Source of the DNA: Eledone cirrhosa
Taxonomy: Eukaryota
Reading direction: 5' to 3'
Length of the DNA stretch: 64,000 nucleotides
Assembly (NCBI GenBank): GCA_964016885.1
Contig: OZ024764.1
Coordinates: 4,960,001-5,024,000 of the forward strand
Under the pieces are notes generated by a model. It was given only the letters and a program-made list of their open reading frames with translations. It ran no database searches and had not been told where the DNA came from. Positions within the stretch are counted from its first letter, which is position 1. Each line of letters begins with the position of its first letter. This document shows positions 1 to 9,480 of the stretch, one piece after another. Both the position numbers and the translations under genes were made by a program.

Positions 1-220
1 GATGAGGTAAGGAAAGCTGATTTTGCACAATTACACCTAGCTAAGGCAATGACACAGGATGGTGACTTCTGGCGCTATGCACAATTATAGAGGACTACAT
101 CCACAATCCACCAGACATTTTCCCTACCAACACCCCACACAAGTTCCCAAACCTCACCATAAAGTGGTCCCGCTGCAGCCATGACAAACGTGTCCAGTCC
201 ACACTGTACAGTGGTCTTGT
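1..220 (+). mobile_element. 3' end of a degenerate RTE-clade LINE
   Basis: Encodes DEVRKADFAQLHLAKAMTQDGDLWRYA; same sequence at about 17490, 28963, 45835, 52192 and 59520. Confidence 0.75.
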
Positions 221-293
221 AGGTGTCTTGCCAAAAATCAATATTGGGCCTTAAAACCTTGAGTCCCTTTTGTTCTGTGTATGAACATAAATA

Positions 294-480
294 ATTGTTT
301 CTACTTTTGGCACAAGGCCAGCAATTATCCAGTGCATTACTGGTACTTTATTTTATCGACCCCGTAAGGATGAAAGGCAAAGTTAACCTCGGCGGGATTT
401 GAACTCAGATCATACAGGGAGGTAACTATGCTTCAAAGCATGGCGTCCGACCCTCTACCGATACTGCCAATCCACCGCCT
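294..480 (-). mobile_element. tRNA-derived SINE (family 1) with target-site duplication, followed by a second truncated tandem copy (about 497-630)
   Basis: The minus strand has A-box TGGCAGTATCGG and B-box GAGTTCAAATCCC, flanked by the direct repeat tgaacataaata. Other copies at about 17874-18060, 29255-29442, 46126-46462, 52576-52762 and 59905-60092. Confidence 0.8.
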
Positions 481-708
481 GAACATAAATAAATAATTGG
501 TTCTACTTTAGGCACAAGGCCAGCAATTACCTAGTACATTACTGGTACTTTATTTTATCGACTCCGTAAGGATGAAAGGCAAAGTCAACCTCGGAGGGAT
601 TTGAACTCAGATCGGAAAGGGACGTAACTAAATAAATAATGTAGTATATATATATATATTTGTGTGTGTATCTATTTATATATTTAAGTATATTTTTTGT
701 AATCACAG

Positions 709-750
709 GACTGATACAGAGGAGGGTACCGCTCCAGAAAATAATGACGA
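709..750 (+). CDS. Microexon E1 (class A1, 42 nt, phase 2-2): TDTEEGTAPENND(E)
   Basis: Acceptor ttttttgtaatcacAG, donor GTacgt; paralog of the exons at 30525, 46542 and 53905; open in the frame shared by all 13 exons. Confidence 0.75.
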
Positions 751-808
751 GTACGTTTTACATACTATCTAACCATTATTCTATCTGTTCCTTCCCGTCT
801 CTCTCTCT

Positions 809-910
<102 letters not shown>

Positions 911-1035
911 AGGTGTATTACTGGTTGTGTAAAACGGTCCAATAAATTTTTGTTAGCAATATTAAGTCTCCACGCTTTTGTATATCTCCAATTCCATTCA
1001 AGGGAACAGCTAGATGATGTAAAACGGAGTATTTC

Positions 1036-1136
1036 TATCAAAATGAAAATCCGAAGGCAAGGTAAAATTTCCAATCATTTTAATCACATCGTGATTAAAA
1101 TGATTGGAAATCTTACCTTCCTTTGGATTTTCATTT

Positions 1137-1141
<5 letters not shown>
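1036..1141. repeat. Long palindrome/hairpin (about 50-bp arms) downstream of class A exons
   Basis: tatcaaaatgaaaatccgaaggcaaggtaaaatttccaatcattttaatcac ... gtgattaaaatgattggaaatcttaccttcctttggattttcattttgata; copies near 18397, 29765, 30802, 46831, 53097, 54178 and 60428. Confidence 0.9.
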
Positions 1142-1182
<41 letters not shown>

Positions 1183-1199
1183 CTGTCTCTTATAAACCA

Positions 1200-1462
1200 C
1201 GTTGGCTATTATGACACTCTCTCCAACATAGAGAGCTATGTTGGCTAATATGACTATCTCTCTCTATGTTGGCTATTATGACTCTCTCTCTCTCTCTCTC
1301 TCTCCCTCCCTCTCTATGTTGGCTATTATGACTCTCTCTCTCCCTCTCTATGTTGGCTATTATGACTCTCTCTCTCTCTATGTTGGCTATAATGACTCTC
1401 TCTCTCTCTATGTTGGCTATAATGACTCTCTCTCTATCTATGTTGGCTATTATGTCTCTCTC
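1200..1462 (+). repeat. Compound minisatellite (tatgttggctattatga + (ct)n, about 27-35 bp unit)
   Basis: Direct tandem repeats of variable copy number; also near 18547, 29910, 30952, 46982, 53252, 54329 and 60578. Confidence 0.95.
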
Positions 1463-1659
1463 TGTTCAAGCTTTATGAAGTTAGATGAACATCTTCAAAG
1501 TCCTCCCATATTCGCCTTGTCTAATATGCGTTCTTGTACCTGATTATTTCCCCCAAATCTCCTGGGAAGTTATAAACCATGATGGCTACCTATCTCACAA
1601 TTTCTTTCCTGCCCACCCCCTCATACCACCATAGTCTATTCGACCAATCAAACCTCAGA

Positions 1660-3030
1660 AACATGTCCCCACCCATTACCAACCCCAACAAACTCTGCCA
1701 TTACTACTACTTCTACTTTTCTTCTAGCCCTTACCAGCCCCAACAAACCCTGACATTATTACTACTATTATCCTTCTAGCCATGGGCTGAGGATAAATGG
1801 GGCTACCCCAAATTAATAAATGAATATGAATCCGCGAGTTACCAAGCACCCATGCAAAGCTTTAATTCAGAGACAGGAAGCATACACACCCCACTGCAAA
1901 AATTCACCCTTTCCCACGAGTGGTGGCAAATGCCCAAAACTCCGAGTTGGAACCATCAATGTAAGCACAATGAAAGGAAGAGCAGGAGAAATTGTAGAGA
2001 TGCTAGAGCGAAAGAAAATTGATGTATGCTGTGTGCAAGAGACTAGATGGAGAGCAGAGTCCGCTGGAGTCCTTGCAGGCAGAAGTCAGTGCTACCAATT
2101 TGTCTGGGTAGCAAATGACAACAGGATGGGAGGTGTAGCTATCCTATTAGCTGACAAATGGGTAGATAAGGTAATCTCAGTGAACAGGGTGAATGCAAGA
2201 ATAATGAAACTTGGACTAGTCCTGAATAAAACAATTGCCACAATAATATCAGCTTACGCACCCCAATTGGGGTTGCCAGCTGACTATAGCGGGGAATTTA
2301 GTTTAGAGGTCGGTGTCCACCAGGGTTCTGTTCTTAGCCCACTCCTGTTCGTTAAAGTATTGCAAGCAATAACGGAGGTGATTATGACCGGATGCCCATG
2401 GGAACTCCTATATGTGGATCATCTCATACTTATAGCCGAATCTATGGTGCAACTATACTTGCTCAGTATGTAGGAAAGGAGTAGGCTGGCTGCAAAAGGT
2501 TTTCTACTCAAAATGAAAAGCAGACTGTATGATGTGGGTATACGAATAGCAATGTTACATAGTAGTGAAACCTGGGCGCCGTCTGTGGAAGACTTGCATA
2601 GATTAGAAAGAAACGAAGCCTGCATGCTCCGATGGATGTGTAATAGTAATATACGCGAACGGCAAAGCATAAATGAATTGAGAGAGTGACTGAGCATAAG
2701 AGGAATGAAATGCTGTGTGCAGGAGAGGATGTTGCATTGGACATGTGATGCGTATGAAGGATGACAGCTGTATAAAAAGGTGTAGAGCAGTAGAAGTCGA
2801 TGGAAGCCGTGGAGTGGGGAGACCCAAGAAGAGCTGGGATGAGGTGATAAAAGCCGGACTCACTGTAAATGAGGTTGGTGTTAGGAAGGGCATCCAGCTG
2901 TAGGAATCAAGCCAGAATCAGTTCCTGTATGAGCAAGACAAGGTCAGCTGAACAGACACTGCCCACAACAGGACAACCCGTCTAACCCATGCTTGCGTGG
3001 AAGAATGGACGTAAAACAGTGATGAAGATG
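1660..3030 (+). mobile_element. Internally deleted RTE-clade LINE (APE endonuclease N-terminus fused to RT fragment), copy 1
   Basis: APE motifs GTINV, CCVQETRW and SAYAPQ joined directly to RT motif GVHQGSVLSPLLF; catalytic YADD mutated to YVDH; tail ending ggacgtaaaacagtgatgaagatga. Confidence 0.9.
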
Positions 3031-3035
3031 ATATA

Positions 3036-4968
3036 TCATATATGCTAGTGTACTATTTGACATTTGGAGCCTAAAAATATCTCTCCAAAACCAGGGGTCG
3101 ACTTGTCTGCTGAATATAGTATGTTACCTTTACCACTGAGGGGTAAACAGTGAAACTGCCTGCCTAACACTTGTTGTACACCACTTACCATAACTCTAGC
3201 AACCCACCACATTTATTTCTACTGAATCTCATATTTGTTAAGTTTAACGTAGAGATTATAGTAATATCAATGTCTTGCTGTTGCTTATAGGGTAGGTTAC
3301 CATACGGTAGGGTACTGTAGGGTAGGTTACCATAGGGCAGGTTACTGTAGGGTAGGATACTGTCTGGTAGGTTACCATAGGGTAGGTTACTGTAGGGTAG
3401 GTTACTATAGGGTAGGTTACCTTGGGTAGGTTACTGTAGTGTAGGTTACTGTAGGGTAGGTTACTATAGGGTAGGTTACTGTAGGGTAGATTACTCTAGG
3501 CTAGGTTACCATAGGGTAGGTTACTGTAGTGTAGGTTACCATAGGGTAGGTTACCACAGAGTAGGTGACCATAGGGTATGTTATTATAGGGTAGGTAACT
3601 GTAGGTTAGGTTACTGTAGGGTAGGTTACCTTATGGTAAGTTACTATAGGGTAGGTTACCATAGTGTAGGTTACCTTATGGTAAGTTACTATAGGGTAGG
3701 TTACCATAGGGTAGGTTACCTTATGGTAGGTTACCTTATGGTAAGTTACTATAGGGTAGGTTACCATAGGGTAGGTTACCTTATGGTAAGTTACTATAGG
3801 GTAGGTTACCATAGTGTAGGTTACCTTATGGTAAGTTACTATAGGGTAGGTTACCATAGGGTAGGTTACCTTAGTGTAGGTAAGAATAGGGTAGGTTACC
3901 ATAGGTTAGGTTACTGTAGGGTAGGTTACCATAAGGTAGGTTACTGTAGGGTAGGTTACCATAGGGTAGGTTACTGTAGGGTAGGTTACCATAGGGTAGG
4001 TTACTGTAGGTAGGTTACCATAGGGTAGTTTACCGTAGGTTAGGTTACTGTAGGGTAGATTAACATAGGGTATGTTAGCATAGGTTAAGTTCATATAGGT
4101 TGTTACCATATGGTAGGTTACTGTAGGGTAGGTTGCTATAGGGTAGGTTATCGTAGAGTAGGTTACTATAAGGTAGGTTACCATAAGGTAGGTTACCGTA
4201 GGGTAGGTTACTATAGGGTAGGGTATCATAGGATAGGTTACCATAAGGCAGGTTACCATAGAGTAGGTTACCTTAGGGTAGTTTACTATAAGATAGGTTA
4301 CCATAGTGTAGCTTACCATAGGGTAGGTTACCATAGGCAAGGTTACTATAGGGTGGGTTACCATAGGGTAGTTTATGATATGGTTGGTTACCATAGTGTA
4401 GGTTACTATAACATAGGTTACCATAGTGTAGGATACCTTAGATTAGGTTACCACAGGATAGGTTACTGTAGGTTAGGTTACCATAGGTTAGGTTAGCAAT
4501 GGGTAGGTTACTATAGGTTGTTACCATAAGGTAGGTTACTGTATGGTGGGTTACCATAGGGTAGGGTACCATAAAGTAGGTTATTATAGTGTAGGTTACC
4601 TTAGGATAGGTAACCATAGGGTAGGTTACTATGGGGTAAGTTACCATAGGGTAGGTTCCTATAGGGTAGGTTAACATAAGCTAGGTTACCTCAGGGTAGG
4701 TTACCATACCATAAAGTAGGTTACCATAGGTTTGTTAAGGTTAGGCTAGGCTGGTTTACTCGGTGAGTTAAAACTCACTTGTGACTGTAGTGTTTTAGAA
4801 GTGTCTCAATCTTTCATGCACCACTAAATTTTTTAACTATTTCCCCTGAAACTGCCTTATTTTTGGGGGTCATCTTATCAATCGAATAGCGTCCTAAATC
4901 TAAATTATACTTCAGAATTTTAGGGGCCGACTTATGTACCGGATAGACTTGTACACCGGCATATATGG
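3036..4968. mobile_element. Non-autonomous TIR DNA transposon (Tc1/mariner-pogo/Tc2-like, TA flanks) containing a 15-bp minisatellite, copy 1
   Basis: Left end TA|tcatatatgc(c/t)agtgtac..., right end ...gacttgtacaccggcatatatgg|TA (imperfect inverted repeats); subterminal ggggtcgactt/ggggccgactt; internal array at about 3287-4745. Confidence 0.75.
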
Positions 4969-4987
4969 TATATATATATATATGCAT

Positions 4988-5322
4988 GGAGGCACATGGC
5001 TTAGTGGTTAGAGCATTGGTCATGCAATCGAAAGGTTGTGAGTTCAATTCTCAGACCGGGTGATGTGTTGGTTCCTTGAGCAAGACACTTTATTTCACAT
5101 TGCTCCAGTTTACTCAGCTGTAGAAATGAGATGATAGGGACTGGGGTCCCTATCATTCCACTGCAAAGTGGTCGTGGAGGTGCCACGGCAAAAAAAGCAC
5201 CCAGCACTCACTGTAAATGAGGTTGGTGACAGGAAGGGCATACAGCTGTAGAAATCAAGCCAGAATCAGTTCCCGTCCCGCCCTTGCAAGCAGGGAAAAG
5301 TGGACGTAAAATGAAATGATGA
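4988..5322 (+). mobile_element. tRNA-derived SINE (family 2) with RTE-like 3' tail
   Basis: A-box TGGCTTAGTGG (4997), B-box GAGTTCAATTC (5040), ccttgagcaagacact core; tail shared with the RTE-associated tail (aggaagggca..cagctgtag). Copies at 21772-22105 and 34518-34852. Confidence 0.85.
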
Positions 5323-5399
5323 AAGAGAGATAGAGAGAAAGAGAGGGAGTGAGAGAGATACATTAAAACAATAACAGAAGGTCTGACTGGAGAATTTAC

Positions 5400-6218
5400 T
5401 TTAGAATTCCTTCACGGAAATGTCTTATTTATCTGTAACACAAACTTCAAAAAACAAGACAACCACTTAATAACCGATAGATCAAGTGAGCCCTCCAGCT
5501 AGATAGATTTCATTGTTACCAGAAGACAGAGTGACTGTTATAAACACAAAGTCCTTCCCTAGTGAAGAATGCACCTCCCAACATACCTTAGAATACAACC
5601 TGGAAGAAAAGAGTATAGATCAAAATCAAAAGGTCTTAAAGTCAATTTGGTAAAGACTAAAGTTCTAGTAAGTAGAAAGGAAAACAGGGCCCAGATCTCT
5701 TCAGGTAAACTGTCCTGCTCAGTGGGCAGAAAAGGAGTAGGTAGAAATTCCATCCTATGTCCCATATAGAAATGATGGGTACACAAAAGATGTTGTGGGA
5801 TCTCAGGAAGGCTAACAAAGAACGTAGCTTCTACATGTGGCCAGTGAACAGGGGCAGGAAATATCAAGAGCTCTCGGGTTACAATCTCCTTCAAATGCCC
5901 AGAAGTCTCTGCAGAGGTGGTAGATAGTTTCTGTTACTTAGGTGACTAAATCAGCAGTGGAGGAGGGTGGTCCAAAAACTCAGTAACAAGAGTGAGATTA
6001 GATTGGAGAAAGTGCAGGGATCTACTACTACTGCTAACTACAAAACATTTTTCCATCAAAATGAAGGGCAGACTGTATGATGCAGGTATACAAACAACAA
6101 TGTTGCACAGCAGCGAGACCTGGGCACTGTGTGTAGAAGATCTGTAAAGATTGGAAAGAAATGAAGCCTCCATGCTTCAATGGATGTGCCATAGTAATAT
6201 ATGCAAATGGCAAAACAT
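5400..6218 (+). mobile_element. Degenerate RTE LINE fragment (truncated by a junction into the minisatellite)
   Basis: SKGLKVNLVKTKVLVS and CSVGRKGVGRNSILC are homologous to the RTE at 43706; stops and frameshifts. Copies at about 22190-23000 and 34930-35750. Confidence 0.85.
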
Positions 6219-6775
6219 AGGTTACCATTGGGTAGGTTACTGTAGGGTAGGGTACCATAGGGTAGGTTACTGTATGGTAGGTTACATTTCGTTAGGTTAC
6301 TGTAGGGTAGGTTACCATAGGGTGGGTTACCATAGGGTAGGTTACTGTAGGGTAGGTTACCATAGGGTAGTTATGTAGGGTAGGTTACCATAGTGTAGGT
6401 TACTGTAGGGTAGGTTACCATAGAGTAGGATACTGTAGGGTAGGTTACCATAGGTTAGGTCACTGTAGGGTAGGTTACCATAGGGTAGGTTATTATAGGG
6501 TAGGTTACCATAGGTTAGGTTACTATAGGGTTGGTTGCCATAGGGTATGTTACCATAGGGTAGGTTACTATAAGGTAGGTTACCATACCATAGGTTAGGT
6601 TACCATATGTTTGTTAAGGTTAGGCTAGGCTGGTTTACTCGGTGAGTTAAAACTCACTTGCGACTGTAGTGTTTTAGAAGAAGTGTCTTAATCTTTAGTG
6701 CGCCACTAAATTTTTTAACTATTTCCCCTGAAACTGCCTTATTTTTTGGGTGTCGTCTTATGAATCGAATAGTGT
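6219..6775. repeat. 15-bp minisatellite plus right-hand part of the TIR element (partial)
   Basis: (tagggtaggttacca/ctg)n followed by the conserved right-arm sequence; copies at about 23000-23676 and 35750-36306. Confidence 0.85.
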
Positions 6776-6779
6776 CGTA

Positions 6780-7710
6780 TAGGACTATCTGGCATGTTTT
6801 CTATGGCTGGATGCCCTTCCTAACACCAACCACGTTTACAGTGTGGGGACTGGGAGGTTTTTACCATGTTAACTACACGGCCAATTTACAGCGTGGACTG
6901 TGTGTTTTATTGTCATGACACCTACACAACCTCATTTATTTAGGACTGGATGTTGTGTGACCAACATAATTTTACAGAGATGGGGGTGGGAGTAGTGGGG
7001 TGGGGGCGTATATTTGGTTAAGAGGTGCCTACTGACTGTAGGTTTCGCTTTGTACTTAGGCAAGGGTGGTCTTCTGTATTACTGCGTAGCGCCAAAGATC
7101 TCGGTCCAGTGACATTGTCTTGGAGAGGTGTAAGTGTGTGAGATCGGAATTTATCAATTCGTCCCAGGGTTTTCTGGGTCTGCCTACTCCGTGGCTACCA
7201 TCTATTTTGATCGCCCTGCACTTTTTTATACAGCTGTCGTCTTTCATGCGCATCACTTGACCATACCAACGTAGTCTTCTCTCGAGTAAACAACATCTGA
7301 TCCCTCTTATTCCTAATTTCTCACTTAGTTCATTTATGCTTTGCCGTTCACGTATATTACTATTACACATCCAGCGGAGCATGCAAACTTCATTCCTCTC
7401 CAGTCTGCGTATATCCTCTGCACACAATGCCCAAGTCTCACTGCCATGTAACATTGTTGTTCGTATGCAGGCATCATACAGCCTGCCTTTCATTTTTAGA
7501 GAGAACCCTTTAGCGGCCAATCGTACAATGAAAAGAGCGTCTGTGATACTTTTACCTGACACAAACCCAAACTGCATTTCATCTAGATCAATTCTCTCTC
7601 TGATTAGTTGCGCTATTACTTTTTCTGTGACCCTCATGAACTGGTCAATTAATTTAATGCCTCTATAGTTTCCCCTATCTAGGGCATCTCCTTTACCCTT
7701 GTAGCAGTTA
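6780..7710 (-). mobile_element. Internally deleted RTE LINE 3' part, antisense
   Basis: KGKGDALDRGNYRGIKL and QFGFVSGKSITDALF fused to LAAKGFSLKMKGRLYDAC...RRLRWYG; copies at about 23681-24611 and 36311-37241. Confidence 0.9.
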
Positions 7711-7846
7711 ATGATGATGATATATATATAAAAGAAATAGGATTTCGCTTCAAGCATATCTTTATACAATATGTATAAATATTTTGTATCTCCAAAGAAA
7801 TACGGTTTTAGGAAGCCTTAGCTCTGCAAACCCTGGGGGCTAACGT

Positions 7847-8011
7847 CCTCTGGTGATGTCCAGCAGAAGCAAAGGGGACAACCGTCTATCCATTTCAGGC
7901 TTAACTGGCCATCGTCAGGACAGTCCCTCCCACTGCTTGCGACTGCTGGCCAGTTAAGCATGAAATGCATAGACGGTTGTCCCCCTTGCTTCTGCTGGAC
8001 ATTACCAGAGG
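7847..8011. repeat. GC-rich inverted repeat (about 65-bp arms), MITE-like, upstream of class B exons
   Basis: cctctggtgatgtccagcagaagcaaaggggacaaccgtctat...cttaactggcca / tggccagttaag...atagacggttgtcccccttgcttctgctggacattaccagagg; copies at 24748-24912, 27574-27738, 37379-37543 and 40107-40271. Confidence 0.9.
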
Positions 8012-8127
8012 CCTTGAAACCCTAAGTCCCTTTTGTTCTGTGTATGAACAGAAATAAATAATGTAATATATATATATGTATGTGTGTGTATCTATTTATA
8101 TATTTAACTATATGTTTCTCATTACAG

Positions 8128-8205
8128 GAACACCACTAATTTCTCCGAAAAATTTATTACTTCTCTCCAATACAGCCTTAATAGCAATGATTACAAGAAA
8201 TTTAT
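8128..8205 (+). CDS. Microexon E2 (class B, 78 nt, phase 2-2): NTTNFSEKFITSLQYSLNSNDYKKF(M)
   Basis: tttaac branch-like motif, acceptor tttctcattacAG, donor GTaagt; length is a multiple of 3. Confidence 0.8.
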
Positions 8206-8565
8206 GTAAGTGTTACCTTAACATACTGTCTAACCATTGTTTAATCTGCTCCTCCCTCTACCTCTCCCTTTATACACACACACACATATATACCCCTATA
8301 TATATATGTATACACACACACACACAAATATATACACATATATACATATATATATACACACATATATATATAATCACATATATATATACATATATACAAG
8401 CGAGACACGGCCTGCTGACCAATCTCGCCTTAAGTGGGACAAAACCGTCCAACCCATGCTAGCATGGAAGATGGACTTTAAATGATGATGATATATACAC
8501 ACTGACACATATATATATACATATATATATACACATATATATACGCATATATTTATATATATATA

Positions 8566-8677
8566 TGAGTTCAAGTCCGCCGAGGTTAACTTTGCCTTTC
8601 ATCTTTACGAGGTCGATAAAATAAAGTACCAGTGGTGTACTGGGGTAATCGCTGGCCTTGTGCCAAAAGTAGAAACT
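8566..8677 (+). mobile_element. 5'-truncated SINE family 1, sense orientation
   Basis: gagttcaagtccgccgaggttaactttgcctttcatc...gataaaataaagtaccag, the reverse complement of the SINE at 294-480; copies near 25468, 28230, 38061 and 40763. Confidence 0.8.
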
Positions 8678-8797
8678 ATATTTATATATATATATATATA
8701 ACCAAAGATTAATATGGTTTGTTGATTACTTAATGAATACAGTTTTGCAATAGATTAGAAGCACTCAACAGTGAAAGTTTTCCTGGACTTTTTAATA

Positions 8798-9051
8798 TTA
8801 ACAAATGAAAAATATTCTCATAATCAAAATATATACTTTATTATATACATTTCAAAGGTATATGACATACCTCTACGGTCTTGATTCTTCAATTCCAGTA
8901 TTGCAGTCACTGCCAATACTGGAATTGAAGAATCAAGACCGTAGCGCTATGTCATAATCATATATTTTGTCTGATGAGGACGTACTGAAAAAACAACAAT
9001 ATATATAATATAGTATATATTTTGATTATGCGAATATTTTTCATTTGTTAA
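8798..9051. repeat. Nested foldback inverted repeat downstream of class B exons
   Basis: Outer arms ttaacaaatgaaaaatattc.cataatcaaaatatatact and its complement; inner arms ctacggtcttgattcttcaattccagtattg / caatactggaattgaagaatcaagaccgtag. Full copies near 25699 and 38286; half copies near 28465 and 40999. Confidence 0.9.
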
Positions 9052-9062
9052 CATTTTGAATA

Positions 9063-9128
<66 letters not shown>

Positions 9129-9194
9129 AGGTAAAATGAATAATGAAAGAGTTGCAAGCCTTTAAAACATATCTTTATAAAGCTCTTACATATG

Positions 9195-9249
<55 letters not shown>

Positions 9250-9253
<4 letters not shown>

Positions 9254-9480
9254 CATTTTATGTCCGCTTTTCCCAGCTTGCAAGGGTTGGGCTCTCACCA
9301 CCACTGGCCATGTTTTTCGTGGTCTTCCTTTTACTGGGATTTTTTAGCACCTCTTTACCCAGCGGTCATCCTCGATGCACATCACTTGTCCATACCATCT
9401 CAGTCTTCTCTCCTGCACACCACAACTCATCCCCAGTTTCTCTCTCAACTCATCTATGGTCTTGTTGTTCACGCATATTG
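9250..9480 (-). mobile_element. Short RTE 3' fragment, antisense
   Basis: DELREKLG..VQERRLRWYGQVM on the minus strand; copies near 26160, 38700 and 41205. Confidence 0.75.

Noticed and set aside
709-750. Alternative phase-1 reading of the exons (LIQRRVPLQKIMT / LFHCRVPLEETVT), where the RVPL codons differ synonymously between E1 and E3
   Set aside because: This frame has stop codons in E5, E6, E7, E9, E10 and E12, whereas phase 2 is open in all 13; cDNA is needed to exclude it completely
1200-1462. Repeat-spacer look of the tatgttggctattatga array, and of the constant-flank/variable-exon layout, suggesting CRISPR
   Set aside because: Spacers are only (ct)n runs, the context is eukaryotic, there are no cas genes, and the variable inserts have splice sites
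3180-3260. Minus-strand ATG|GTAAGT donor-like site in the left arm of the TIR element
   Set aside because: No good acceptor, no exon-like variation among copies, the site is mutated in the copy near 10245, and it lies inside a transposon
3287-4745. Interstitial telomeric repeat
   Set aside because: Contains TAGGG/TTAGG motifs, but the true period is 15 bp and there are no runs of (TTAGGG)n
4988-5060. Possible tRNA gene
   Set aside because: A and B boxes are present, but there is no convincing cloverleaf and the sequence continues into a SINE body and LINE-like tail
7056-7769. 237-aa minus-strand ORF as a host gene
   Set aside because: Internally deleted RTE RT fragment lacking the catalytic core; the copy at 36587-37300 has a premature stop
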